64,000 nt of DNA from Escherichia phage P896: sequence record OL451225.1, one strand, 5' to 3'. Both the position numbers and the translations under genes were made by a program. Positions 7,911 to 17,387 of the stretch are shown in pieces. A model generated the notes under the pieces. It saw only the letters and a program-made list of their open reading frames with translations, searched no databases and was not told the DNA's origin. Position 1 is the stretch's first letter. Each line of letters opens with the position of its first letter.

Positions 7911-9350
7911 TTAGAATTTCATTTGAGCAGCAAGGTCGTCCAGGTCGCTCCTGTTGACCCTGGTTTGTCTATTCATTTCAGCCTGGCGATTCATCTCACC
8001 GGTGGCTTCTTTAACCGTAGGGCCTTGTTTAGGAGCTGAATCATCATCAACCTCGTACCAGCGCTGATTACCTTTCTTAACACCCATCTTGAATTTATTA
8101 TAGTAGTTCTTATCGCCATAACGAGACTTAAGCTGTTTGATTAACTGCAGACCCATTTGAGCGAATTCTTCAGTCTCAACAACACCCAACATAAAGTCGG
8201 CCGTGTGAGCAATACCAAAGGATTCTGCGATGTCAGCCATATCAATCTCAGCTGCAACGTTCGCGCCCCTGGTTGTCTGTGCTGCAGTCCACAGGACCAC
8301 ATTTTTCTCAACAGCCAGACCACGAAGTTCTTCTGCAACCATCTTAATCAGGCCGTAACTGTTTTCGGTAAACGTTTTCAGTCTTGAGCTTGCACAGATT
8401 GCCAGGTAGTCAACAATAATCACATCCGGCACAAACCCTTGCTTCAGTTTGTATTCATTCAATAATGCACGGAAGGTATCTGCATGAGCACCGCCAGTTG
8501 GATATTGTTTTATCTTCAGAGTCCCAAGAGTCCCTGATGCCCGCCATTTTTCCATCTTAGCTTTGTATTCTGCCCATGATATATGACCTTCATCAATATC
8601 ATCCAGAGACACATCCAGCAAGTTGGCATCAATACGTTTGGCACATACTTCTTCAGCCATTTCCATGCTTATATAAAGCACGTTATGACCAGTCTGAAGA
8701 TAGTCGGCCGCTAACGAACAAAGTCCCAGAGATTTCCCGACGTTGGTCCCGGCCAGTAAAACGTTCTCTGTGCCATACTCAACCCCACCCTTTGTGATTT
8801 TATTCAGGATGTTAATACGGAACGGAACCTTCTTCGATTTGTTCAGATAAGTCTGGAATCGAGCCTCGTAATCGTTTAACCAGTCATGGCCGAGGGCAGA
8901 ATCAAAACAGATGGACAATGCATCACGCATGATGTCAGGGATAGCACCGATATCCGGGATTCGTTTATCACGTTTATCTTTCGGAAGTTCGGCATTACTC
9001 TGGATTTCGATAATCCTGGATGTGGCATTGAACATCGCAGATTTCTGCACATACTTCTCGGTTTCTCTAACCAACCATTCTTGGTCTTCTGGAGTATCGG
9101 CCAGGACTCCTAAGAGTTTCTTTGTGCCTTCATATTCGACTTCAGAAAGGTCAGAACTGTCGAGCGCGATATCAAGTGCAGTCTTAGTTGGTACCGCTTG
9201 ATATTCTTTTACGTGTTCGTTAATCGTATTAAAAAGAGTCTTCGCGGGACCCTTTTCAAAATATGTGTTATTCAGATACGGCCAGACTTTAACAAAATAT
9301 TCCTTGTTAAAGAGTAGCTGGGATAAAATAGTTTCTACCACTTCCACCAC
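7911..9350 (-). CDS. 41: Replicative DNA helicase gp41 (DnaB-like)
   Basis: 479 aa; Walker A GTNVGKSLGL, RecA-like core; position between 61-region and 40/uvsX as in T4. Confidence 0.93.
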   Translation of the reverse strand: MVEVVETILSQLLFNKEYFVKVWPYLNNTYFEKGPAKTLFNTINEHVKEYQAVPTKTALDIALDSSDLSEVEYEGTKKLLGVLADTPEDQEWLVRETEKYVQKSAMFNATSRIIEIQSNAELPKDKRDKRIPDIGAIPDIMRDALSICFDSALGHDWLNDYEARFQTYLNKSKKVPFRINILNKITKGGVEYGTENVLLAGTNVGKSLGLCSLAADYLQTGHNVLYISMEMAEEVCAKRIDANLLDVSLDDIDEGHISWAEYKAKMEKWRASGTLGTLKIKQYPTGGAHADTFRALLNEYKLKQGFVPDVIIVDYLAICASSRLKTFTENSYGLIKMVAEELRGLAVEKNVVLWTAAQTTRGANVAAEIDMADIAESFGIAHTADFMLGVVETEEFAQMGLQLIKQLKSRYGDKNYYNKFKMGVKKGNQRWYEVDDDSAPKQGPTVKEATGEMNRQAEMNRQTRVNRSDLDDLAAQMKF

Positions 9351-9679
9351 CTCTTTTTCATTTTAATTTTATCAATTTCATCTTGTATTTGCATTGTAAC
9401 ACACTTTTCTACATGCACAGCAAGCTCCGCTTTGCGGTCTTCAGAAGGGGTGCCGAAATCAACTGAAACTTTTCCAGATGGTTCAATTTTAATTCCGGTT
9501 ACGTACACAATGTGACTGGACCCATCAGGGAGTGATAACAGAATTTCCTGCCGTACAGTTCCCATGGATTGCCGGATAATCTCCAAACTTTTTTCGTAGT
9601 AAGGTACAGAAGGAGCCTTAGCTCCCTCCGCATCTTTCTCGAAATTATCTAAATCAGATAAATCGATATCATTCATCAA
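9335..9679 (-). CDS. 40: gp40 head vertex assembly chaperone homolog
   Basis: 114 aa ORF between 41 and uvsX; call by synteny and size. Confidence 0.6.
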   Translation of the reverse strand: MMNDIDLSDLDNFEKDAEGAKAPSVPYYEKSLEIIRQSMGTVRQEILLSLPDGSSHIVYVTGIKIEPSGKVSVDFGTPSEDRKAELAVHVEKCVTMQIQDEIDKIKMKKRWWKW

Positions 9680-10847
9680 GGTCTTCCATCATATCTAAAT
9701 CGTTTTCGATATCTGCCGCAGACGGTTTTGTCTTACCTTCAGGAGCAGTGTATTTTTCAACCTTGGAGGCAATAAGCGCATCAACTTCGGCATCAACAAC
9801 AGCATTGCTATCGATTGCACCCAGTTGGTAATGGCGTTTGATTGCATCACGGAAAGGTTCGTGCTTGAACAGCGGGCCCCAGAATTCGGTGCAGTTAGTA
9901 TCTTTTGCGCGCCATGATTTTTCTTCGCGGACCATTTCACCGGTCTCAACATCAAGATATTCACGGTTATACCAACCAACTTTTGGTTTCACCACAAATC
10001 CGATTTCCATTGCCATATCAAGCAGGCCAGAATACGGGTCAATACCCCCATCGAATTTTACATCAATGAAGAATTTACTTTTCTCTTTGACCATACGAGA
10101 TTTTTCGGCGTTCAGAACAAATTGGAAGCCTTCAAGTTCTTTACCAGTTTCTTTAATCTGGCGTTTGCCGATAATGAATACGGTGTCCGCAGAATACATA
10201 ACACCTGTACCGCCGGTCATAACGGTTTTACTGTACATCTCAATCGTCTCGATTGTATGGTTAACCGCGACACAAGGAATATCCTTGATGCTAAAATACG
10301 GGGTAACAATACGGAACAGAGATTTCAGGGATTTGGCACGAGTCATATCACCAACGACTTTTTCGTTCATCGCATCTTCTGTTTCTTTTTTCGACGCCAT
10401 GTTACCGATTGAGTCAATAAAAATAATGACTTTTTCACCACGCTCAATTGCTTCAAGCTGGTTAACCATATCAACTTTCAATTGTTCAACCGACTGGATT
10501 GGTGTATGGATAACACGTTCCGGGTCAACTTTCATTGCACGAAGATATGCTTCTGTGATACCAAATTCTGAATCATAGAACAAACAGATTGCATCGGGGT
10601 ATTTGTTCATATATGCAGAGACCATCGTTAAACCCATATTGGATTTAAAGTGTTTTGACGGACCAGCAAAAATAGTCAAACCTGACTGCATACCACCATC
10701 TAGTGCACCGCTGATTGCAATGTTCAGCATCGGGATTTTTGTACGAACTACATCTTTACCATTAAAGAACTTGGACTTGGTAAGAGTCGCGGTCATTTTG
10801 GATGTAGAAGCTTTAATCAAACGGGATTTCAAATCTGCAATAGACAT
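9669..10847 (-). CDS. uvsX: UvsX recombinase (RecA-like)
   Basis: 392 aa; RecA-fold Walker A FAGPSKHFKS; synteny 40-uvsX. Confidence 0.93.
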   Translation of the reverse strand: MSIADLKSRLIKASTSKMTATLTKSKFFNGKDVVRTKIPMLNIAISGALDGGMQSGLTIFAGPSKHFKSNMGLTMVSAYMNKYPDAICLFYDSEFGITEAYLRAMKVDPERVIHTPIQSVEQLKVDMVNQLEAIERGEKVIIFIDSIGNMASKKETEDAMNEKVVGDMTRAKSLKSLFRIVTPYFSIKDIPCVAVNHTIETIEMYSKTVMTGGTGVMYSADTVFIIGKRQIKETGKELEGFQFVLNAEKSRMVKEKSKFFIDVKFDGGIDPYSGLLDMAMEIGFVVKPKVGWYNREYLDVETGEMVREEKSWRAKDTNCTEFWGPLFKHEPFRDAIKRHYQLGAIDSNAVVDAEVDALIASKVEKYTAPEGKTKPSAADIENDLDMMEDLDE

Positions 10848-10894
10848 TCATTTTTTCCATAGGCACCATCATATTTTTCTCACAGGTTTAAGAT

Positions 10895-10930
10895 ATGATA
10901 ATTATATCACTGTATTTTTAGAGCAATTAA
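10895..10930 (-). promoter_or_regulatory. Candidate middle-mode promoter (MotA-box-like + -10) upstream of uvsX
   Basis: Minus strand AATTGCTCTA ...~13 nt... TATAAT upstream of uvsX ATG. Confidence 0.4.
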
Positions 10931-10932
10931 TG

Positions 10933-11436
10933 TTAGTTAATACCTTGGCGTGCTTTCTCTTTAGCTACACATTTATTAATATAGCTCAGACGGTTTTGAG
11001 CAGAACGCTGATACATATCGCGGTACTCATTAGCTTTTGGAGAACCCGTCTCCGCTGCCTGATAAGCTTCTGCGCGCATGATGTTTATCTGCATATTGAT
11101 ATATGACATGCAGACCTGCGAAATCTGGTTAACAGTATCCAGGTCATTTTGTCGCTTGGTTTCTGCTTCCAGCTTGGCAATGATTTCGTCATGCTTCGCA
11201 GCTTGCTCGCGTTTGTACTCAATTTCTTGTTGAGCATATTTCGCGCAGTTGTTTCCACATTGATTGTTGTCGCGTTTGTAGATAAGTCCAGTACCACCTT
11301 TGAAATCAAAGGAACCATTATGCACCTGACGGTCTGCAGCAATTCGCGCTTTACCAATCTCGTTGGCATTAACAACATCACCCTGGTAAGCACAACCAGA
11401 TAGCAGCATAACAGCTGCGATAGCTAACTTTTTCAT
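10933..11436 (-). CDS. Putative lipoprotein (167 aa)
   Basis: MKKLAIAAVMLLSGC signal peptide + lipobox Cys; occupies the slot where T4 has beta-gt/42. Confidence 0.65.
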   Translation of the reverse strand: MKKLAIAAVMLLSGCAYQGDVVNANEIGKARIAADRQVHNGSFDFKGGTGLIYKRDNNQCGNNCAKYAQQEIEYKREQAAKHDEIIAKLEAETKRQNDLDTVNQISQVCMSYINMQINIMRAEAYQAAETGSPKANEYRDMYQRSAQNRLSYINKCVAKEKARQGIN

Positions 11437-11442
11437 TGTATT

Positions 11443-11586
11443 TTCCTCAATTAAAACATTCATAGCGGGCTTGGAGCCCCAAAAATACCCAACCCAAAAT
11501 TAAAGTTGGAATCATATGTGGAGTCATTATTGCCCAGTAGATTGACATACTAAAAAATGCAATCAGTACAATAATTGTAATTATCT
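11443..11586 (-). CDS. Small membrane protein (47 aa)
   Basis: Own translation MKIITIIVLIAFF...; single hydrophobic helix. Confidence 0.35.
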
Positions 11587-11829
11587 TCATTTTGCTTCCT
11601 TGATGATAATTACTTGTGCATTTGATTTACGTTCAGCAACGAGTGCCCAGATAAATGCAATAAACCATCCGACCATTGTCCAACCTAACAGGAGGTTAAC
11701 AAAGAAGATTCCGCAATTACTTTTGGTTCCACGCAGTAGCGCGATAATCCACGGCAGAAAATATACCAGTGCAGCCAGGAAGAAAGAACCAGCCCCAAGA
11801 ACAACAGTACCCGCAATTAATGCTTCCAT
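11587..11829 (-). CDS. Two-TM membrane protein (80 aa), Imm-like by position
   Basis: Start at MEALIAG (upstream extension in track is read-through of promoter leader); 2 TM helices; immediately upstream of gene 43 as T4 imm. Confidence 0.5.
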   Translation of the reverse strand: MEALIAGTVVLGAGSFFLAALVYFLPWIIALLRGTKSNCGIFFVNLLLGWTMVGWFIAFIWALVAERKSNAQVIIIKEAK

Positions 11830-11901
11830 TTTAATATCCTCAAGTTTGTAATCAGTAGTTGATGGAACAATCATACGGCAATCCTTTGCCGTTGTAAACA
11901 C
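11830..11901 (-). promoter_or_regulatory. T4-type early promoter + leader (family A variant)
   Basis: Minus GTTTACAACGG...CCATCAACTACTGATTACAAACTTGAGGATATTAAAATG. Confidence 0.5.
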
Positions 11902-14616
11902 TTAAAAATCAAACATATCAAAAAGAGTTGCTTTCTTTTCGTAATCAACCTTTGCAGCTTCGGAGAAACCTGTTAATGGCTTAACAAAAGTCTTCTGGAA
12001 CAGTGTGTTGTAGTCCATCCACTGCAGAACCTGGTCACGGATTTCAATCGGGAGTTCAATCCCAGATGGCCATGCAATCACGGTTTCACCAAACGGGTTG
12101 CCGACTTTGAGCGGAAGTACATACACCTTTTCCCCTTCCATGATTTGCGGAACAGTCTTCAGACCTTTAGTTGCACGCATATATGCAAGCACACCTTTGA
12201 TATGAGCCGGACACTTAAATCCAGGGAAACCGCCTTCATTATATTTCTGGATGTTGTTAACCGATGATACACCTGCGATGGTCATGTAGTTAAGCTCATT
12301 AAATTCCTTATTGAATTCCTTGAAGTATGTCTGCAGAGATTCTTCACCTTCTTGCAGCATACGGCGGATACATTCTTTCAGAGCTTTCTGACATGCCTTT
12401 GGAGTACTCGACTTTTGAGTTTCCAGACCCATGATTTTCAGTTTCGGAACAGCATATCGTGTGCCTTCCATATCGTACACGTTCAACGCATAACGCTTCT
12501 TCGCTGTCCAGAATCCACCAACACCCTTCGAACCCAGTGGAGGACATGCAATCGCCTCACGGTCCATAAACATAAGGTGCTGTTTGTTGTTCATGTATTC
12601 AGCCAGCTCACGGAAAGCTTTATCGATTGCCGGTTCCAGACGGTCTTTCGCAAACTTGTCCATGAAGTCAACCAGGTGGTTTGTATCGCGGAATTTAGAT
12701 TCACCACCAACCTTTTTAATCAGGTTATCGCACTGGATATAAATGGAGTCAGTGTCACCATAGAATACGTAGGTTTCGCCGCTTGTCCCACAGACACTAT
12801 CGAAGTATTCGTTAACTTTACGCTCAATCCACTGCAATGCAAGTTGTCCGAAAGATGTAATCGCGGTTGCATTTCGCAGGTCAAAGTAACGGAACCATAT
12901 ATTGCCCAGAGCGCCATAACAACTGTTGATAAGCAGTTTACGGTTAATCTGTGCGGTCATGCCTGCAACTTCTTCCATCTGCGCTTTGTACAGCATACCA
13001 TTTAGGACTGTTTGATTCAGACCATGCAGGGCCGTTTTCATATTGTCATCAAAGTCATGACGATAATCAACTTCAGGCTCGGTTGTACCAGTTCCTGGAT
13101 TACGCAGAGCTTCCTTAATCAGTTCACCATTACGTTGAGCCGCAAGCATATAGCCTTTGTGTTCTTTACGCTGATTAAACACCTTGGTGACTTCTGTCGG
13201 AATAATACCCGCAACATCTTTAAAATACATCATACCATTTGGAGCACAACTAAATGTATCAGATGGACGGTCAGCAGTTCCTGCAATGTATTCGTACATC
13301 GGCGCTGGCGCAAATGACCCGGCAATCGTTTCTGGACTGATGTTAATCTGTCGGATAATGCTTGGATACAGAGATGTTAAGTCACAGCTCATTACATATT
13401 TGTATGCGTTCGGAATCGGTTCCTTAACAAATGCACCAGGGAACGATTGGCGAACATGTGATTTGGTTTCCGGAATGACTTTGTTTTGAGTCTTCAGGCT
13501 GTTAAAGATAATCGCATCCCAAGTTTTGATTGGGCTGAATACAGACTGAATCTGCATTTTTGCATAATAACCCATTGACTGGCTCAGGTTAATAAACTGC
13601 CGCTTACGGTCAATCTGCACAACACGATAAACGTCGATGATGTTATAAGAAATATACCGCTGGTGATTTGATTCACGCAGTTTAGAAATCGGGCCATCAT
13701 ACGGGAGTTTACCAACACCCAGTTCAGATTCCGCAACATAATCCAACGAATAAGACGGTTGGTTTGTGAAGCTGAACTTTTTATACAGGTCCAGATAATC
13801 CAGAACAGAGATACCCAGAATCTGAATGATTTCTTGTTCTTCACCAAAGCCGTTGTTAATGACTTTAACTTTTGTACGACGATGTGGGCTCAGACGTTTT
13901 GCCGTAGCTTCACCAAATACATTTTTAAGGCGGTTGTAGATATATGGAATATCAAACTTCTCGATGTTCCAACCAGTTAACATAACCGGAGTTTTCTCGT
14001 TCCAGAATACCAAATACTGCTGGAGCATTTCTTCTTCTGAATCGAAAGCCATATAAACAATTTTTTCCAGGATTTCTTCCGGGACTTCATCACCACCATC
14101 TTCCTGCAGCTTAGCAGCAATATCAATAGACCATTGCTCCACAGTGGCGTATGGTGAGCCCAAAAGGTCAAAGACATAGAATTTATCGTCTACCGAATCA
14201 TAGTGCGTCAGGGCGTCAATAGGGTGACGTGCTTCAGACGGCTCAGGGAACCCATCAGGAGATGTCACCTCGATATCGAAGTTAGCCACACGGATTTTAC
14301 TTGAATCGTATTTGATTTCGTGCGGGTAACGGTCGGACAAGTATGCGAGTTTAAAGTCGTCCATGCCCATGGCTTCGAGGCCCATGTCATTCATTCGCTT
14401 CATCCACTGGGATGCATCACGCATGGAATCGAATTCTTTTTTCACACAACCTTTATTATAGATGTCTGTATACTTTGCAGCTTGGTCTTCACGGGCGTGC
14501 ATAAACAAGCATGGAGCATAAGGGATTTCACGAACACGTTCATGACCATTCTTGTCAATATATCGTTCGTGTAGGTTGTCACCGATTTGTTCGATAGTTA
14601 AATAAAATTCTTGCAT
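11902..14616 (-). CDS. 43: DNA polymerase gp43 (family B)
   Basis: 904 aa; exonuclease motifs (FDIE), polymerase motifs (DxxSLYPS, YGDTDS). Confidence 0.97.
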   Translation of the reverse strand: MQEFYLTIEQIGDNLHERYIDKNGHERVREIPYAPCLFMHAREDQAAKYTDIYNKGCVKKEFDSMRDASQWMKRMNDMGLEAMGMDDFKLAYLSDRYPHEIKYDSSKIRVANFDIEVTSPDGFPEPSEARHPIDALTHYDSVDDKFYVFDLLGSPYATVEQWSIDIAAKLQEDGGDEVPEEILEKIVYMAFDSEEEMLQQYLVFWNEKTPVMLTGWNIEKFDIPYIYNRLKNVFGEATAKRLSPHRRTKVKVINNGFGEEQEIIQILGISVLDYLDLYKKFSFTNQPSYSLDYVAESELGVGKLPYDGPISKLRESNHQRYISYNIIDVYRVVQIDRKRQFINLSQSMGYYAKMQIQSVFSPIKTWDAIIFNSLKTQNKVIPETKSHVRQSFPGAFVKEPIPNAYKYVMSCDLTSLYPSIIRQINISPETIAGSFAPAPMYEYIAGTADRPSDTFSCAPNGMMYFKDVAGIIPTEVTKVFNQRKEHKGYMLAAQRNGELIKEALRNPGTGTTEPEVDYRHDFDDNMKTALHGLNQTVLNGMLYKAQMEEVAGMTAQINRKLLINSCYGALGNIWFRYFDLRNATAITSFGQLALQWIERKVNEYFDSVCGTSGETYVFYGDTDSIYIQCDNLIKKVGGESKFRDTNHLVDFMDKFAKDRLEPAIDKAFRELAEYMNNKQHLMFMDREAIACPPLGSKGVGGFWTAKKRYALNVYDMEGTRYAVPKLKIMGLETQKSSTPKACQKALKECIRRMLQEGEESLQTYFKEFNKEFNELNYMTIAGVSSVNNIQKYNEGGFPGFKCPAHIKGVLAYMRATKGLKTVPQIMEGEKVYVLPLKVGNPFGETVIAWPSGIELPIEIRDQVLQWMDYNTLFQKTFVKPLTGFSEAAKVDYEKKATLFDMFDF

Positions 14617-14628
14617 TTGGTTTCCTTT

Positions 14629-14646
14629 ATAGTCGAGTGATTGACT
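14629..14646 (-). promoter_or_regulatory. Candidate gp43 translational operator hairpin (4-5 bp stem, 8-nt loop) just 5' of RBS
   Basis: Minus AGTC-AATCACTC-GACT at -17 to -32 from ATG, followed by AAGGAAA RBS. Confidence 0.4.
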
Positions 14647-14677
14647 TTTGTTTTATGACTTGACGCTATTATACTAC

Positions 14678-14698
14678 AAAAGGGACCGAAGTCCCTTT
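14678..14698 (-). terminator. Hairpin terminator/attenuator between regA and gene 43
   Basis: GGGAC-TTCG-GTCCC + TTTTG on minus strand; followed by TATAAT. Confidence 0.55.
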
Positions 14699-14706
14699 GC
14701 TTTAAA

Positions 14707-15075
14707 TCAATTACCAATTGTATATTTGGCTACGAGCTTCCAGTCGTCTTTTTGTTTGAAGGAGATAACACGGAAGTTATTTGTTACTGCGAACAATTCA
14801 TTATGCTCTTCTTCTTTGATAGCGATTAAGCCCCAGTCTTCAAGCAGTTGAGCAATGGAATCACGGCGCTGATAGTCTTCGCCATCAATATCCACCTGAC
14901 GACCATCCATGCGCAGCATTTCTTTGAAGTGAACAATATAATAACGACCTTGCTTTTGGAGGATGTGGCAGCTCTGGTACAGCACACGGTCTTTATTATT
15001 TGCGATGCCCATACGGGTCAGAGTTTCTTTAACTTTCAGGAAGTCTTCAGGTTGCTTTAATGTAATTTCAATCAT
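14707..15075 (-). CDS. regA: Translational repressor RegA
   Basis: 122 aa; matches recalled T4 RegA size and position (between 62 and 43). Confidence 0.9.
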   Translation of the reverse strand: MIEITLKQPEDFLKVKETLTRMGIANNKDRVLYQSCHILQKQGRYYIVHFKEMLRMDGRQVDIDGEDYQRRDSIAQLLEDWGLIAIKEEEHNELFAVTNNFRVISFKQKDDWKLVAKYTIGN

Positions 15076-15076
15076 T

Positions 15077-15655
15077 TTACCATTCCAATATTTGTTTTTT
15101 AATTTCTTTTTGTTCTTTCACATTACTGGTAACGGTCTTTAAGAATTCATCCGTTACCAGACCTTTTGTCTTTTTCAAAACATCTTTAAGACTACCTTTG
15201 ACTTTCAATGTTTCCATATACATCAAAGCATCATCTGCATTAATTGTATAATATTTCATTAAAAGCTTGAGCACAAGCTGAACGCTGACTACATCCGGTT
15301 CAGACTTGGCCCATTTGCCATAACGCTTGCCTTGCGGAACCGCATGCAGCAAATAATTATAATGCTGCTGGTCTGTTAACCCGGAACCGATTAAGTTCAT
15401 CACGTTCACCTGCATGATGCAATCAACATGTTGACTCAATGCGTTATCCAGCCAGAATTTATTGTAGTTTTCCGATTGAATCAGGTTCCGTGGTTTTTTG
15501 CTAACGGTTATGTCGTTAAGAATCGCGAACAATTCATTTTCTGCTTTCTCTTTGTATGAATCGGACAATTCCTGAATTTTGTTAAAGTCGCGTGATTTCC
15601 ACGCAACCTCATGTTCGTTTAATTGAACGTCATCATCAAAGAGACTTACAGCCAT
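15077..15655 (-). CDS. 62: Clamp loader subunit gp62
   Basis: 192 aa; 44/62 overlapping pair as in T4. Confidence 0.85.
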   Translation of the reverse strand: MAVSLFDDDVQLNEHEVAWKSRDFNKIQELSDSYKEKAENELFAILNDITVSKKPRNLIQSENYNKFWLDNALSQHVDCIMQVNVMNLIGSGLTDQQHYNYLLHAVPQGKRYGKWAKSEPDVVSVQLVLKLLMKYYTINADDALMYMETLKVKGSLKDVLKKTKGLVTDEFLKTVTSNVKEQKEIKKQILEW

Positions 15656-16605
15656 TTCATTTCCCCAGCCAGTTGAGCAAACAAATAAGTCAAGTGAACT
15701 TCGGTATTGGCCGCAATGCCATGGTACTGATTATTCTCACCTACAATCTCATACATGCGGATGATACTTGCACCAGTCAGTTTGCCATACATTTCATCAG
15801 CCAGCTTTGCGATGAAGCTTGAATAATCATTTGCATGCTTAGGAGCCAGGCCACGGAGAACTTTAAAGTTACGGTCCTTAAGGGCATCAATCACATCATC
15901 AATTGGTGTGCGATTGTTTGTCACGATACTCAGAATACCAGAATCGATAACACCCTTTGCCGAGTAACGGTCAAGCTCGTTAATTGTCTTACGCAGGTCC
16001 GGGAAGTTATGCTTAACCAGAGCAGCAACAACTTTCAGGTCTTCGATTTCAACGCCTTCATTTTTACATACCGCAACTGCACGATGAATCATCTCTTTCA
16101 TCATGGTAGTCTGGTCAGCCGGAGTTGCTTCACCGAACTTAATGACGCGACAACGAGACTGCAACGGAGTAATGATGCCATCAATATTGTTCGCGGTCAT
16201 AATGATTGAACAGTTGCTCGAATAAGCTTCCATAAAGCTACGGAGGTGCCGTTGTGATTCAGCCAGACCTGCACGGTCGAACTCATCGATAACGATTACC
16301 TTGCGGCGACCTTCGATTGATTTGGATGATGCAAAGCGAGTCAATTCATTACGCACAAAGTCAATTCGACAATCGGAGCCGTTAACAAACAGCATATCAG
16401 AATTCGTATCTGCGCACATAGCTTTTGCAACTGTTGTCTTACCAGTACCAGGGGAACTACTGACCAGAATCAAGTTAGGAATCAAACCTTTTTTAACAAT
16501 CGCCTCTAATGTTTCTTTATCATGAGCCGGGAGAATACACTCTGATAATGTACCTGGGCGGTATTTTTGTTCCCACATGAATTCTTTGTCATTAACCGTT
16601 AACAT
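15646..16605 (-). CDS. 44: Clamp loader ATPase gp44 (AAA+)
   Basis: 319 aa; Walker A SPGTGKTT, DEFD Walker B, SRC motif. Confidence 0.95.
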   Translation of the reverse strand: MLTVNDKEFMWEQKYRPGTLSECILPAHDKETLEAIVKKGLIPNLILVSSSPGTGKTTVAKAMCADTNSDMLFVNGSDCRIDFVRNELTRFASSKSIEGRRKVIVIDEFDRAGLAESQRHLRSFMEAYSSNCSIIMTANNIDGIITPLQSRCRVIKFGEATPADQTTMMKEMIHRAVAVCKNEGVEIEDLKVVAALVKHNFPDLRKTINELDRYSAKGVIDSGILSIVTNNRTPIDDVIDALKDRNFKVLRGLAPKHANDYSSFIAKLADEMYGKLTGASIIRMYEIVGENNQYHGIAANTEVHLTYLFAQLAGEMKWL

Positions 16606-16661
16606 ATATTTTCCTCATATTAGTTTCTACTTTGTACTCCATGGGGTCAAAGCCCCATTTA

Positions 16662-17357
16662 TTAATCTTGGAATTCGTGGCTAGAGCCTTGTTCCATTGC
16701 AATCACATAGCTTGCTTGTGTGCCTTCAAACTTCGTAGCAAATTTATCATCTTTCGCCCAAAGCATAACACGGTAATCAGCCGGAATCATTTTCATGTTC
16801 AGTTTGTTAATGATAAATTTGAACGCTGCATCGCCTTCATAATCACCACACACCAGGGAATACAATGGACGCGTTAATTCTTTATCTTCGAGCTGGTTAT
16901 AACCATGGATAACAATCTTACCGTCTTTGTTGGTGATTGCAAAAGTATCCAGAGACAAACCACCAGCCACACGCAGAAGCTGCTGCAGGTCACTACCTTT
17001 CAGGTCGAAGATAACCTTAGCTACCGGGAAAGGAATCTTCTTAGCAGGGAACACGATAGTGCTCGGGTCAGCTGCAGGCCAGTGAATCGTTGAACGTTGG
17101 TCTTTGATAATGATATTCGATGCATCTTCAGCCAGGGATACTTCAGCTTGGTCAGTTACCAGGCCCAGAATACTTAAGAAGCCGTTCAGGTCATAAATTG
17201 CAGCTTCAAAGTCAATTGTATCATTGATTTCAGATTCACCATATGACGCTCCAGTTACAGAACGAGTCAGGATGGTATTACCCGGCTTAAGCATAATGCC
17301 AGAGTAAATGGAAGTGAAGTTTTTCAGAACTGCGATAGTGTCTTTAGAGAATTTCAT
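16662..17357 (-). CDS. 45: Sliding clamp gp45
   Basis: 231 aa; strong similarity to recalled T4 gp45 (MKFSKDT...LKNF...SGIMLK). Confidence 0.93.
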   Translation of the reverse strand: MKFSKDTIAVLKNFTSIYSGIMLKPGNTILTRSVTGASYGESEINDTIDFEAAIYDLNGFLSILGLVTDQAEVSLAEDASNIIIKDQRSTIHWPAADPSTIVFPAKKIPFPVAKVIFDLKGSDLQQLLRVAGGLSLDTFAITNKDGKIVIHGYNQLEDKELTRPLYSLVCGDYEGDAAFKFIINKLNMKMIPADYRVMLWAKDDKFATKFEGTQASYVIAMEQGSSHEFQD

Positions 17358-17387
17358 TTAATTACCTTTTATTCAAATCAAAATTAA

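Noticed and set aside
8141-9201. Plus-strand ORFs (8157..8387, 8576..8797, 8886..9113, 8911..9201) and minus-strand 8141..8338 inside gene 41
   Set aside because: They are fully embedded in the well-supported gp41 helicase reading frame, lack start signals and have low-complexity translations; treated as frame artefacts.
9838-11403. Plus-strand ORFs 9838..10578 (246 aa), 10122..10412, 10603..11106, 11149..11403 opposite uvsX and the lipoprotein
   Set aside because: Antisense to strongly supported genes; Ser/Ile/Phe-rich translations typical of reverse-frame artefacts in AT-rich DNA. The 246-aa length coincidence with dCMP hydroxymethylase is not supported by any thymidylate-synthase-like motif.
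11830-11901. N-terminal extensions such as MIVPSTTDYKLEDIK, IIPSTTDEENK and MIIPSTTEENK in ORF-track entries 11587..11901, 24817..25077 and 58975..59193
   Set aside because: These are in-frame translations of the conserved promoter/leader cassette (CAGTAGTTGATGGGATAAT); true starts are the internal Met codons preceded by the GAGGAGA-type RBS.
12344-14574. Multiple ORFs on both strands inside gene 43 (for example 12352..13005 +, 13012..13489 +, 13584..13847 -)
   Set aside because: Embedded in or antisense to the 904-aa DNA polymerase ORF; no independent support.
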